Shown here: piece after piece, positions 9,165-18,959 of the stretch
Layout: every line of letters begins with the position of its first letter
Position numbering within the stretch: position 1 is the first letter of the stretch
Source of the DNA: a virus
Taxonomy: Duplodnaviria; Caudoviricetes
Reading direction: 5' to 3' (one strand)
DNA length: 59,867 nucleotides
IMG/VR virus record: IMGVR_UViG_3300032116_000210
Location: 1-59,867 of that record
Made by a program: the position numbers and the translations under genes
Notes under the pieces: model-generated
The model's input: only the letters and a program-made list of their open reading frames with translations
What the model was told of the DNA's origin: nothing
Database searches by the model: none

Positions 9165-11399
9165 ATGCCCGAAATGCAAATTGAGCAGGTCGATGTCGAG
9201 ATAGAGGTCATGGACCCCGAGGCAGAGCGCGAGAAGATGGAAGAGCGCCTGCAGGCCTTCGGCCACAGCATGGCCAAGCAGCGCGACGAGTGGATACGCA
9301 ACCGCTACAGCTACGGCGTGGACAAGCGCTGGCTCGAGGACGAGGACCAGTACAACGGCAAGGACAACGTCAACCGCGCGGCGTCACAGATGATGACGTC
9401 CGTGGAGCAGGGCTACCCCGTCACCACGCAGCACGCCAAGCCGCACCGGTCGACTGTCTTTATCGGCATGACGCGGCAAAAGACCAACGCTGCAGAGGCC
9501 CGCGTGGCCGACATCCTGCTGCCCACCGACGATCGCAACTGGGGCATTCAGCCCACGCCTGAGCCTGAGCTCATGAACATGACCATGAACGAGGACATGG
9601 CGGTGGACCCCAACACCGGTCAGCCGGTCATAGACCCCAAGACTGGCCAGCCGCTGCGCAAGAAGGAGATCGCCCGGGCGGTGATGGAGATGGCGCGCAA
9701 GAAGGCCGTGGCCATGCAGACCGAGATCGACGACCAGCTGGTGGAGTGTGACTACAACGGCGAGCTGCGCAAGGTCATTCACGACGCCGCGGTGCTGGGC
9801 ACTGGCGTGATTAAGGGCCCGGTGGTGATGAACCGCACGCGCAAAGCCTGGCAGCCGTATACGGACGCCATGGGGCAGATGATCTACCAGGTCCAGATCG
9901 TCGAGGAATTGAACCCCGCCTCATTCCGCGTGGACCCACGTAACGTGTGGCCCGACCCGGGCTGCGGCGAGAACATCCACGACGGCAAAGGGATGTACGA
10001 GCGGCAGAAGCTCACGGCCAAACAGGTCCGCGATTTGGTCAAGCAGCCGGGCTACATGAAGGAGCAGATCCGCAAAGTCCTGGAAGAGGGCCCGAAGAAG
10101 TCGGCCAGTTTCCAAGAGCTCAAGGACGAAGAGCAGCGCGACCTGGCCCGCGACACCTATGAGCTGTGGGAGTACTGGGGCGAGGTCGATCACGAGGACC
10201 TCGAAGCCGCTGGCGTTGAGGTGGGCGAGAAAGACGAGCTGCGTGCCGTCAGCGCCTGCGTGGTGATGATCAACGACACGGTGGTCAAGGCGTTCATGAA
10301 CCCGCTGGACGACGGCCAGATGCCGTACGACTTCTACGTCTGGGAGAAAGTCTCGGGCAGCTGCTGGGGCTATGGCGTGCCGTATCTCATGCGCGCCCAG
10401 CAGAAGGTGTTGAACGCGGCCTGGCGCCAGATGATGGACAACGCAGGCGTGTCCTCGGGCCCGCAGATCGTGATGAACCCCAACGTAATCCAGCCGGCAG
10501 ACAAGCAGTGGCAGCTCTCCAGCCGCAAGATCTGGTTTGCCACGGATGACATGGATGACGTTAGGAAGGCCTTCGCCACGTTCGAATTCGACAGCCACCA
10601 GGCCGAGCTCGCCGGGATTATCAAGATGGCCACCGAACTGGCAGATGCCGAGACGGGCGTGCCGGTGATGATGCAGGGCGAAAAGGGCGCGGCACCGGAC
10701 ACGGTGGGCGGCATGCAGATGCTGATGAATAGCGCCAACGTCGTGCTGCGCCGCCTGGTCAAGCAGTTCGATGACATGGTGACCAAGCCGCACATCCGCC
10801 GGTACTACGACTACAACATGCTTTACAACGAGGACGAGGAGATCAAGGGCGACTTCACGATTGACGCCCGTGGCTCGAGCGCCCTGATGGTCCGGGACAT
10901 TCAGAACCAGGCGTTCTTGAACCTCCTGGCCGCTGCGGCCAATCCGATCTTCGGCATGTTCATCGACCCGAAGAAGCTCTTCGAGAAGGCGCTACAGGCG
11001 CAGCACGTCGACCCGGCAGAGGTCTTCAAGTCCGAAGAAGAGATCGAGAAGATCAAGGAGATGCAGCAGCAGGCAGCCGCGCAGCAGCCGCCCGACCCGC
11101 GCATCGCCGCAGCCCAGATCCGGGCGCAGACAGACATGCAGCGCGTGCAGGCGCAGAACCAGGGCGACCTGGCAGAGCTGCAGACAAGGCTGCAGATCAA
11201 GCAGGCCGACATCGCCGCGCGGCGTGAAGAGATGCAGTTAACCCGCGAAATAGAGATGCTAAAGATGGCTAATGCGCAAAATCTGAGCCTTGAGCAGATC
11301 AAAGCGAAGTTGGCGGATACGGCGATAAAGGAACGTGGCAAGAAGGAGCTGTTCGCTGCCGAACAGCGTCTGAAGCTCGTTGCGGGATCGGGCATTTAG
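9165..11399 (+). CDS. Portal protein (podovirus type, long C-terminal coiled barrel)
   Basis: 744 aa. AAVLGTGVIKGP, RVDPRNVWPDP and WGYGVPYLMRAQQKVLN motifs, with a Gln-rich helical tail. Confidence 0.9.
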   Translation: MPEMQIEQVDVEIEVMDPEAEREKMEERLQAFGHSMAKQRDEWIRNRYSYGVDKRWLEDEDQYNGKDNVNRAASQMMTSVEQGYPVTTQHAKPHRSTVFIGMTRQKTNAAEARVADILLPTDDRNWGIQPTPEPELMNMTMNEDMAVDPNTGQPVIDPKTGQPLRKKEIARAVMEMARKKAVAMQTEIDDQLVECDYNGELRKVIHDAAVLGTGVIKGPVVMNRTRKAWQPYTDAMGQMIYQVQIVEELNPASFRVDPRNVWPDPGCGENIHDGKGMYERQKLTAKQVRDLVKQPGYMKEQIRKVLEEGPKKSASFQELKDEEQRDLARDTYELWEYWGEVDHEDLEAAGVEVGEKDELRAVSACVVMINDTVVKAFMNPLDDGQMPYDFYVWEKVSGSCWGYGVPYLMRAQQKVLNAAWRQMMDNAGVSSGPQIVMNPNVIQPADKQWQLSSRKIWFATDDMDDVRKAFATFEFDSHQAELAGIIKMATELADAETGVPVMMQGEKGAAPDTVGGMQMLMNSANVVLRRLVKQFDDMVTKPHIRRYYDYNMLYNEDEEIKGDFTIDARGSSALMVRDIQNQAFLNLLAAAANPIFGMFIDPKKLFEKALQAQHVDPAEVFKSEEEIEKIKEMQQQAAAQQPPDPRIAAAQIRAQTDMQRVQAQNQGDLAELQTRLQIKQADIAARREEMQLTREIEMLKMANAQNLSLEQIKAKLADTAIKERGKKELFAAEQRLKLVAGSGI

Positions 11400-11417
11400 C
11401 CCCAGAAAGGATAGATC

Positions 11418-12203
11418 GTGGCGTTAACAGCAGAACAAAAAGCCTTCGTTGATTGGCAGTTGCAGCAGATCGACCCACTAACCAACCGCCGCATTGGCGA
11501 CATCGTTGCCGAGAAGGGCCTGGACCCGTACCGCGATGAGGTCGGGGCGATGGCCGACAACGCCAATCTGCAGGCGCAGAACCAGCTGGCCGCGGGCGGC
11601 AGCCCGGATGTCGTCGCCCCGTGGAAAGACCCGAACTGGTACGACAAGCAGATGGCCGCAGAGCAGGCCGAGCTCGAGCGCCGGCAGCGGCTGGACCAGG
11701 AGTGGCAGGCCTACGGTGCGGCCGGCGGCAATCTGCCCGTGCTGGGCCCGTCGAACAATCCGAACCTGGGCAACGTGCGTGGCGTGTCGCCCTACAACCC
11801 GAACCGCGGCAACCCGCCGCTGCCAGGCGCAGATCCGTTGATACCCGGCCCACAGCCGGGCGGTGGCGGCACGACTGGTGGCAACACGACGAGCGGCCAG
11901 GGCGTGATCGACGCTGGCATATCGACCAACGACAACGTGATGGGCGGCATGGGCACGACGGGCGTGGTCTACGGCCCGGACGGCAGGTCGTACAGCTCGG
12001 CGGCTGCAGCGCTGGCAGCGGGCGTGACGAACTACAGCTACACCAAGCCTCTCTTGAACCAGGGCAACCAGGGGCTCATCAACAACGCCGGCAATCAGAT
12101 GCCGACCTACCAGGTGCCCATCAACGCTGGCACAGGCGGCCTGATTACGGGCGTCAATCAGCAGCTGTTCAAGATGCCAACAGGCGTGCAGTTTCCCGGG
12201 TAA
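11418..12203 (+). CDS. Hypothetical protein, low-complexity C-terminus with GLINNAG tag
   Basis: GAAAGGA RBS. Follows the portal gene. Confidence 0.75.
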   Translation: MALTAEQKAFVDWQLQQIDPLTNRRIGDIVAEKGLDPYRDEVGAMADNANLQAQNQLAAGGSPDVVAPWKDPNWYDKQMAAEQAELERRQRLDQEWQAYGAAGGNLPVLGPSNNPNLGNVRGVSPYNPNRGNPPLPGADPLIPGPQPGGGGTTGGNTTSGQGVIDAGISTNDNVMGGMGTTGVVYGPDGRSYSSAAAALAAGVTNYSYTKPLLNQGNQGLINNAGNQMPTYQVPINAGTGGLITGVNQQLFKMPTGVQFPG

Positions 12204-12215
12204 GGAGCGCTAAGA

Positions 12216-13553
12216 ATGCAAGAACCCAAAGCCCCATATTGGAATCCAGACCTGCCGCGGTGGGAGGTCCAAGATATTGACCGCTACATCAAGAACGGCA
12301 TTCAGAGTTACCCCGAGGTATTGAAGGTGGTCAACTCTGTTGGCGGCATTGATGCCTACCGAAACATGGCATTGAATTTTCAAAAAGCCGACGCTTTGTA
12401 TCAAATTGACCACGCAAAGTGGCGCATACAAGAATCTTTGGCCAGAGGATCAAATGCTATCTCTGGCGATGAGCGGTGGCTCGCCCGGGCGTATGAAAAG
12501 GCTGCGAAATCAAACATATTTTCTGATGCGGAACGCGCCCAATTTGCGGGTCTTTCACAAGACCTGTTCTCGCAAGCAGCGGCGAACAAGATTATTGAGG
12601 AACGTCAACAGTATTTGAGTAGCAATGCAAGCAAAGTCCAAAATCAAATGTTTGACCAGATCTTTGGGCAGCGAAATGCTGAGTACGACCGATTGTCCGA
12701 GGAGCAGACGGTTCAAAGAGCCGCGGCACAAAAAGCCTACGAGAATGACATGGCCGAGGCCGCGCGGCTGCGGGACGGCGGTCTTATCCCGCCGGCAGAG
12801 TTTTCAGAACTCGTAAAAAAGCTAACCGCCAACTATTCGGGGGCATTAAACGAAATCGGCACGCAGTTCAAAGCCGCAAGGAATTCCGTTAGGGGCCTGG
12901 CAGATAAACAGCTTGCATACGCCAGTGACACGTACAACGCGATCCTTAGCGGTAACTTTGACCCAGAAAAAAAGTACGAGCTGCCCGCGATCGATTACAC
13001 CCCGGCGTCTATATCGCATTCATATAAAGCGGTGTACGCGCCACGTGAAAGCGCCGAAGTCACAGAGCAACAACCCTCCGCTGGCCAAGCGCCGACCAAT
13101 ACGCCAGCCGGTTCCGCGGCGTCAGCGCCAACTACATCGGCGCCCACAACGCCGACTACATTGGGCTCGGCTACATCGGGCCCGGCCAAATCAACACCCA
13201 CCACTCCGTCGACAGGGAGCACAACGCCTTCTCAACCAACGCGGCCAACCAAGATCGATGTGCGCGAAGCCCCGAAGGTTGCGAGAGCCCCAACGCGAAA
13301 CTCGTCTGATCTGATGGCGCGAGCCCGGGTGGTGGACCAAAGCACGCAGCCAAGTGCGGCGACGACCGGGGGCGGCGTCGTACAACAGCAGCCACAGCCG
13401 GGGCTTATCAACAACGCCGGGCTGTTGAACTACACGCCAACAATTAACGCGCCGACAGGCGCCCCTGGCCTGCTGACCAATCAGAATCCGATGCTTTACT
13501 TTTACAACGTGCCAGGGGGCCGGGCGCCCGGGCAGATGCAGGCGGGGGGCTAA
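12216..13553 (+). CDS. Hypothetical protein: helical N-domain, P/T/S linker, GLINNAG tag
   Basis: TAAGGAG RBS. Codons are AT-richer than in neighbouring genes. Confidence 0.75.
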   Translation: MQEPKAPYWNPDLPRWEVQDIDRYIKNGIQSYPEVLKVVNSVGGIDAYRNMALNFQKADALYQIDHAKWRIQESLARGSNAISGDERWLARAYEKAAKSNIFSDAERAQFAGLSQDLFSQAAANKIIEERQQYLSSNASKVQNQMFDQIFGQRNAEYDRLSEEQTVQRAAAQKAYENDMAEAARLRDGGLIPPAEFSELVKKLTANYSGALNEIGTQFKAARNSVRGLADKQLAYASDTYNAILSGNFDPEKKYELPAIDYTPASISHSYKAVYAPRESAEVTEQQPSAGQAPTNTPAGSAASAPTTSAPTTPTTLGSATSGPAKSTPTTPSTGSTTPSQPTRPTKIDVREAPKVARAPTRNSSDLMARARVVDQSTQPSAATTGGGVVQQQPQPGLINNAGLLNYTPTINAPTGAPGLLTNQNPMLYFYNVPGGRAPGQMQAGG

Positions 13554-13556
13554 GCG

Positions 13557-14219
13557 ATGTCGGTACTCGCCCGCGAACAAGACAGCTACCAGCGCGCCCT
13601 GGAGGCGTACCAGCGTCAGATCAACCGGTACAACCGCGGCGTTGACAAATACAAGACGACCCTGGTCAAGGACCAGAACGGCAATCTGTTGGTCATCGAC
13701 GGCGGCGGCAACGTCAGTGCGGTGAACTCCGGCGGCGCGTTAATTGGCGCGTCTCTGCCCCGGGGTTTTGATCAGACGGCTTACGGCGCGACCAACATCC
13801 CTGGCGGCCAGGGCTATCGGCAGCTGCGGCAAAACCCGACGGAAGTTAAGCGGGAATCCGTGACAGGAGTACGGAAGTATTCAGACGACAGCGGGTACGT
13901 CTCGCATTTAGATTTTGCCGGCAATCCTGTCTACATCACGCCGGAATGGCGGCTTGACGCTGTAGTTCCCGGGCAGGATTACGGGGATTGGGTTACGCCG
14001 ACAACGTACAACTTCAGCCGTGACGCCTCCACGTACATGGAGTCTCCGCCCGAATGGAAGAAGACCTTTGACCGCAAAGCCCCGGCGGCCACGCCGGCCC
14101 AGGTTTCTAAGATGAACGCGCCCAGCCTGGCCGAAATCGAGAGCGGTCTTGTTGGCGAAGTAATGAAGGGCAAGGGCGTGCGCTATGGCGTGCCCGTATA
14201 CCGCCCCCGCGGCGATTAA
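13557..14219 (+). CDS. Hypothetical virion-associated protein
   Basis: Starts 3 bp after the upstream stop. 220 aa. Confidence 0.7.
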   Translation: MSVLAREQDSYQRALEAYQRQINRYNRGVDKYKTTLVKDQNGNLLVIDGGGNVSAVNSGGALIGASLPRGFDQTAYGATNIPGGQGYRQLRQNPTEVKRESVTGVRKYSDDSGYVSHLDFAGNPVYITPEWRLDAVVPGQDYGDWVTPTTYNFSRDASTYMESPPEWKKTFDRKAPAATPAQVSKMNAPSLAEIESGLVGEVMKGKGVRYGVPVYRPRGD

Positions 14220-14237
14220 GAACAAGAAAGGACGAGC

Positions 14238-14606
14238 ATGAGTAAGCAAGCCGGTCAATTTGTCGCAATGGTCCTGGTCGGTAGAGACCTGGCACATCGC
14301 GCACACTGGAAAACCACCAGCTACGCGGCGCACGTAGCCCTGCAAGGGTTCTACGAGGGCGTGCTTGCCCTGCTGGATGGCTTCGTAGAGCAGTACCAGG
14401 GGCGGTACAACGAGCTTTTGGACGTGCCACTGGCCGACAACGAGTTCGAAGGGGAGATCGCCGACATCCTGGACCAGCAGGTGTCCTGGATTGAGGACAA
14501 CCGGGAGAAGATTTGCCCCCGTACAGAGTCCTCATTGCACAACGTCATCGACGAGGTGGTTGGGATTTACCAGACAACGCTGTACAAACTGCGGTTTTTG
14601 ACGTGA
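14238..14606 (+). CDS. Ferritin/Dps-like four-helix protein (DUF5856-like)
   Basis: HRAHW, YAAHVAL, DGFVEQYQGRY and C-terminal LYKLRFL motifs. Confidence 0.8.
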   Translation: MSKQAGQFVAMVLVGRDLAHRAHWKTTSYAAHVALQGFYEGVLALLDGFVEQYQGRYNELLDVPLADNEFEGEIADILDQQVSWIEDNREKICPRTESSLHNVIDEVVGIYQTTLYKLRFLT

Positions 14607-14649
14607 TTCTTGAAGTGGCTGAGGAGATACTGCGGTTTTTGACGTGATT
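14588..14649 (+). repeat. 21-bp direct repeat ACTGCGGTTTTTGACGTGATT x2
   Basis: Copies at 14588-14608 and 14629-14649 with a 20-bp spacer. Confidence 0.9.
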
Positions 14650-14659
14650 TTTTGGGTAG

Positions 14660-14745
14660 TTGCGGAAATACTAGACTCCGACGTACAATTTCGCGGGGAC
14701 CTCGCGTCCACAGAATTCATAACGGCCGCCTAGCGCGGCCTTTTC
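14660..14745 (+). promoter_or_regulatory. Late promoter B plus attenuating terminator
   Basis: TTGCGG-18bp-TACAAT, CGCGGG...GCGTCC leader, then a GGCCGC/GCGGCC hairpin with TTTT. Confidence 0.6.
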
Positions 14746-14751
14746 ATTTCT

Positions 14752-14952
14752 ATGATCGATTTCCAATCTGCCACCTGGCACCAATTGCGTAAATGGGCCG
14801 AAGAACAGCTGAAACGGGCCCGGGAGAAGAACGACGCCATTGGTCTGAACGCAGAAGACACCGCGGCATTGCGCGGTGAGATAAGAACACTAAAAAAATT
14901 CCTCGACTTGCCCAAGTCGGCAACTCGAGAAGTGGTGGTCGACCCGGAATAA
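14752..14952 (+). CDS. Small head-module protein
   Basis: SATW...ALRGEIRTLKKFLDLP pattern typical of small proteins preceding podovirus scaffold genes. Confidence 0.75.
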   Translation: MIDFQSATWHQLRKWAEEQLKRAREKNDAIGLNAEDTAALRGEIRTLKKFLDLPKSATREVVVDPE

Positions 14953-14970
14953 CGCCCGGTTGACCTTGGC

Positions 14971-15002
14971 AAAAAGGCCGCCTACGGGCGGTTTTGTTTT
15001 TT
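14971..15002 (+). terminator. Intrinsic terminator
   Basis: GGCCGCCT-acg-GGCGGTT hairpin followed by a T-run. Confidence 0.65.
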
Positions 15003-15014
15003 GGAGGCGTAACA

Positions 15015-15956
15015 GTGGAAGAAAACTTGTCGCAGGATCAACTGCAGGACATTTGGAACGAAGAGGCCACGAAACTCGGCGCTGGTGAACAACCCGCGGT
15101 CGAGCCACAGGCCACTGCGCCGTCGGCTGATGAAGCTGCGCCGCAAGCAAGCGGATCTGAAGAGCCCCCGGCTCAAGAGGCTTCCGCCGACACCCAACCC
15201 GCAGAAGAACCGGCGCCGGCCGATCCACTGGCTGGTCTCCCGCAGGAAGTCAAGGCCGCATTGGCCAAGATCTCCCAGTTGGAGCAGGCAAACGCCCAAC
15301 TGCTGCACCACGTAAAGACCGCTGAGGGTCGCGTGGCAGCGATGCAGCGTGAATTCCAGCAGGCCCGTCAGGCCGCCACGCAAGTGGCTCCGCAAGATGC
15401 GCCATCGCAGGGACAAATGGCTGCCGCAGCCAAGAACCCAGAGAAGTGGGAGCAGCTCAAGCAAGATTTCCCCGAGTGGGCTGGCGCGATGGAAGAGTAC
15501 GTCGCGGCCAAACTGGGAAGCGTCAAACCGGCAGCACCAGGCCTCGACCCGCAAGCGGTCGCCGCCTACGTGCAGCAGCAGGTTTCGCAGACCAAGGCCG
15601 AGATGGCTCGAACCATGGAAGAGGCTCGGATCGAGGGCAAGTACGAGGACTGGAAGAACACGGTCAATTCAACCGACTTTGTTCAATGGTTCACCGTGCA
15701 GTCGCCCGAGGTTCAGGCTTTAGCGAACAGCAACTCGGCGCGGGATGCAATTCGTATGTTGGACCTGTTTCACGACACGAAGAAGCGTTCTGCTACGGAA
15801 ATTCGGCAAGAGCGCGGAGCACGTCTCGCTGCAGCCGCGACCGTAAGACCTGGTCAGACACCGCCGCCCAAAACACTGGACGACATGTCGCCATCAGAGC
15901 TTTGGAACTACGAAGCCGCACAGCGCGAGAAAACTCGAGCGCAGCGCGGGTTTTAA
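15015..15956 (+). CDS. Putative scaffolding protein
   Basis: GTG at 15015 with GGAGG RBS. Acidic Pro/Ala-rich N-terminus, coiled coil, directly upstream of the capsid gene. Confidence 0.8.
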   Translation: MEENLSQDQLQDIWNEEATKLGAGEQPAVEPQATAPSADEAAPQASGSEEPPAQEASADTQPAEEPAPADPLAGLPQEVKAALAKISQLEQANAQLLHHVKTAEGRVAAMQREFQQARQAATQVAPQDAPSQGQMAAAAKNPEKWEQLKQDFPEWAGAMEEYVAAKLGSVKPAAPGLDPQAVAAYVQQQVSQTKAEMARTMEEARIEGKYEDWKNTVNSTDFVQWFTVQSPEVQALANSNSARDAIRMLDLFHDTKKRSATEIRQERGARLAAAATVRPGQTPPPKTLDDMSPSELWNYEAAQREKTRAQRGF

Positions 15957-15985
15957 TCTCAACTTTTTTTAGAAGGAAGTAAATC

Positions 15986-17044
15986 ATGTCTATTCAGAAT
16001 TACGGCACCGTTGCCTCACGGAACCTAATCCGTGCTGCACAGGGCATGCTTGAGCACGCCCAACCCATCACCGTTCTCGGTGACTTCGGCACCCAGCGCG
16101 AAATGCCGCAGAACTCCACGGACACCCTGGTGTTCCGCCGGACTCTGCCTTTTGGCGCCTCCACCACCGGCACCACGATCGAGGGCTCCAGCCGCTACGT
16201 CGGCACGCCTGACATCACTGCCAGCAACTTTGTGCTTGCAGAAGGTGTGACCCCCAACGCCAACACGATCAGCTTCCAGGACGTGTCGGTTCAGCTCCAG
16301 CAGTACGGCATCCTGTTCAAGTACAGCTCCAAAGTCGAGCAGCTGTATGAGGACGACATCCCCGGCGAAATGGTCAAGCTCACCGGCGAGACCCTGGCCG
16401 AGGTGATGGAGATGGTTCGCTACGGCGTGCTGAAGGCTGGCTCCACGGTGATCTACTCGAACGGCTCCAGCCGCTCGGGCATCAACACCGCCATCAGCCT
16501 GAACGCCCTGCGTAAGTCGGCCCGTACGCTCGAGTCCAACCGCTCCCGCCGCGTGACTTCCCGTCTCGCCCCTGGCGTGAACTTCGGCACCCGTGCTGTG
16601 CAGCCCGCCTACATCGTGTTCGTGCACACCGATGCGGTCTCTGACATCCGTAATCTTCCCGGCTTTACCCGCGTCGAAGAGTACGGTTCGTTCAAACCCA
16701 TCCACGACCGCGAAATTGGCGCTTGCGAAGACTTCCGCTTCATCAGCTCTCCGCTTCTGAAGCCCTTCCTTGCTGCCGGTTCAAGCACGCTCAACGGCAT
16801 GCTGTCTGTCGGTGCTTCGAACGTGGACGTGTACCCCTTCATCATCATCGGTGAAGACGCCTGGGGTCAGGTTGCACTCAAGGGCATGTCTGCCATCAAG
16901 CCCATCGTGCTCAAGGCCTCCCAGACCAACCACGCTAACCCCCTGGGTCAGTTTGGTTATGTCGGGGCTTCCACCTGGTTCGCCACTGTCCGCCTCAACG
17001 ACGCCTTCATGGCCCGTATTGAGGCTGGCGTGACGGCTCTTTGA
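15986..17044 (+). CDS. Major capsid protein (N4-gp56 family)
   Basis: LAEGVTP, QYG, EIGACEDFRF, DVYP and NPLGQFGYVG motifs, with highly biased codons. Confidence 0.93.
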   Translation: MSIQNYGTVASRNLIRAAQGMLEHAQPITVLGDFGTQREMPQNSTDTLVFRRTLPFGASTTGTTIEGSSRYVGTPDITASNFVLAEGVTPNANTISFQDVSVQLQQYGILFKYSSKVEQLYEDDIPGEMVKLTGETLAEVMEMVRYGVLKAGSTVIYSNGSSRSGINTAISLNALRKSARTLESNRSRRVTSRLAPGVNFGTRAVQPAYIVFVHTDAVSDIRNLPGFTRVEEYGSFKPIHDREIGACEDFRFISSPLLKPFLAAGSSTLNGMLSVGASNVDVYPFIIIGEDAWGQVALKGMSAIKPIVLKASQTNHANPLGQFGYVGASTWFATVRLNDAFMARIEAGVTAL

Positions 17045-17051
17045 TGAAAAC

Positions 17052-17082
17052 GTCGGCAGATCTTCGGGTCTGCCGACATTTT
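17052..17082 (+). terminator. Hairpin with cUUCGg loop after the capsid gene
   Basis: GTCGGCAGATC-TTCG-GGTCTGCCGAC followed by ATTTT. Confidence 0.75.
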
Positions 17083-17096
17083 GAAAGGACACTTAC

Positions 17097-17282
17097 ATGC
17101 CCGCTGAATCAGTAAATGAGCGCGTCAATCGCCTGGCAGACGGCATCGACCGGCAAGAGCTTGGACAGCTCTTGGCCGCCGTTGTGAACTGCCTGCAGGC
17201 TGTTGGCGCAAAACTGGACGCAGACACCGGTGTCGCTGACACCAACTACGCGGCCACCATCGCAACTTACGTCAAAGATTAA
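17097..17282 (+). CDS. Small capsid-associated protein
   Basis: GAAAGGA RBS. AKLDADTGVADTNY motif. Confidence 0.75.
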   Translation: MPAESVNERVNRLADGIDRQELGQLLAAVVNCLQAVGAKLDADTGVADTNYAATIATYVKD

Positions 17283-17294
17283 GGAGTTAAAGAC

Positions 17295-17735
17295 ATGTCT
17301 TACAACATTGAGCAACTCAACAGCGGCTACGTGTCGCTGACCGCCGCGGGCGTTGCCGAAGGTACCAACGCCAATACCTACAAGACGACCAACACGCTGA
17401 CCTACACCAGCAATGGCGTGTTTAAGTCCAAGGGTGCTACCGACAACGTGGCTTTCACGGCCGGCATCGGCACCGTTCCTCCCTCCAGCGCGGCGCTGTA
17501 TGCCGTGTGGATCGACGGTTCGGGCAACTTCTCTAACTCCCGCGGCCCCGTCGTGGAAGCTGGTCAGCCCTGTCCCGTGCCTGCTGCCCCGGCTAACGAT
17601 CTGACCCTGGTCGGCATGATCAAGGTCACGACGAACTCGTCGACCACGTTTACTCCCGGCTCCACTGACCTTAGCAATGCTGGCGTCACCGACGTCTTCA
17701 TGGATTGCATGGTCATGCCGGGTAGCGCGCAGTAA
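17295..17735 (+). CDS. Putative capsid decoration/cement protein
   Basis: TAAGGAG RBS. Beta-rich, in the capsid operon before a strong terminator. Confidence 0.7.
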   Translation: MSYNIEQLNSGYVSLTAAGVAEGTNANTYKTTNTLTYTSNGVFKSKGATDNVAFTAGIGTVPPSSAALYAVWIDGSGNFSNSRGPVVEAGQPCPVPAAPANDLTLVGMIKVTTNSSTTFTPGSTDLSNAGVTDVFMDCMVMPGSAQ

Positions 17736-17772
17736 TTTGTTGCCATCTCCCTGGTCCCTCCCCTGGGAGTTT

Positions 17773-17800
17773 GAGGGGCGCTTCGGCGCCCCTCTTTTTT
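17773..17800 (+). terminator. Intrinsic terminator
   Basis: GAGGGGCGC-TTCG-GCGCCCCTC-TTTTTT. Confidence 0.92.
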
Positions 17801-17834
17801 GGCACGTGTTTTCCAACCACAAGGAGTTGTAGAG

Positions 17835-18257
17835 ATGGCAAAAAATACACCCATACAGGGGATCGAAATTTCGGACGATGCGCCGGTTGTTGAAACGGTG
17901 GCCGAGTCCAAAGACCTTTCGCAGCTGGTTTCTGACGAAGCCTTCATGAACGAGCTGGTGACTGTGATGATTCATTCGACCACGGATGAGAACCAGGCAC
18001 CGCACGTGATCGTGAACTGCAACGGCACGAACCAGCCCATCATCCGCGGCTATCCGACGACGGTGAAGCGCAAGTACGTCGAGATCTTGGCCCGCATGAA
18101 GGAGACCAAGTACACGCAGGTCACGCCGAACCCGGCCGCCCCTGACGTCTCTGAGCTGCGCGCACGGCACGGCCTGGCCTATCCCTTCGACCTGGTCGAA
18201 GACAAGAACCCGCGCGGCCGCGCCTGGCTGCAGAACGTCCTGGCTGAGCCGGCCTAA
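17835..18257 (+). CDS. Hypothetical protein of the N4-like capsid/tail neighbourhood
   Basis: ATG at 17835 with AAGGAG RBS. VNCNG...IIRG...VKRKYVEIL motif. Confidence 0.75.
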   Translation: MAKNTPIQGIEISDDAPVVETVAESKDLSQLVSDEAFMNELVTVMIHSTTDENQAPHVIVNCNGTNQPIIRGYPTTVKRKYVEILARMKETKYTQVTPNPAAPDVSELRARHGLAYPFDLVEDKNPRGRAWLQNVLAEPA

Positions 18258-18949
18258 TGAATTACCTGCAGCTCGTTAACCGTGCCAGGGTGGAGTGCGG
18301 CGTCTCTGGCGCTCGCACTCCGTTGCCGACGGCGCAGAACCTGTCTGGCGAATCCTTGCGGATGGCCAGCTGGGTCAACAGCGCTTGGGTCGACATTCAG
18401 ACTTCGAAAGAAGACTGGCAGTGGTTGCGGGCGCCGGTGGAGTTCAACACGGTTACGCAGCAGCAGACCTACACCCCGACACAAGCCGGCATAGGCAGCA
18501 CCTTTGCCAACTGGAAGCGCGACAGCTTCCGGTGTTCATCGGTGGGCCAGAACTACCGGGACGAGCAGTTGCTGAACTACATGGAGTACACGACGTTTCG
18601 CAATCTGTACCAGTACGGAAACATGCGGACGACGTACGCCAGGCCCGTGGTCGTGACGATCGTGCCCGGCGTCAACAAAAGCCTGGGCTTCGGGTCTATC
18701 CCCGACCAGCCTTATGTGATTACCGGCGAGTACTACCAGCGCCCCGTGGAGCTGTCTGCGGACGTGGACGAGCCGGCGCTGCCGGATCGGTTCCACATGA
18801 TCATCGTCTACCGCGCCATGATGTACTACGGCGGGTACGAGGCTGCGCCTGAGGTTTACCAGCGCGGGGAGTCAGAATTCAAACGGCTGATGAACCGGCT
18901 CGAGCTCGACCAGCTCACGGTTCCAGTGAGCGGGCCACCTCTGGCGTAG
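18257..18949 (+). CDS. Head-tail adaptor / tail tubular protein A-like
   Basis: MNYLQLVN...WVNSAW...W.W and C-terminal EPALPDRFHMIIVYRA motifs. Confidence 0.8.
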   Translation: MNYLQLVNRARVECGVSGARTPLPTAQNLSGESLRMASWVNSAWVDIQTSKEDWQWLRAPVEFNTVTQQQTYTPTQAGIGSTFANWKRDSFRCSSVGQNYRDEQLLNYMEYTTFRNLYQYGNMRTTYARPVVVTIVPGVNKSLGFGSIPDQPYVITGEYYQRPVELSADVDEPALPDRFHMIIVYRAMMYYGGYEAAPEVYQRGESEFKRLMNRLELDQLTVPVSGPPLA

Positions 18950-18959
18950 GGGGCCTGCG

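Noticed and set aside
14588-14649. Mini-CRISPR array
   Set aside because: Only two 21-bp non-palindromic copies with a 20-bp spacer, the first overlapping a gene end. No cas locus.
17039-17099. CTT-TGA at the end of the capsid gene as a prfB-like +1 frameshift into the next ORF
   Set aside because: The +1 frame hits TGA at 17082, before the 17097 start, so no fusion is possible.
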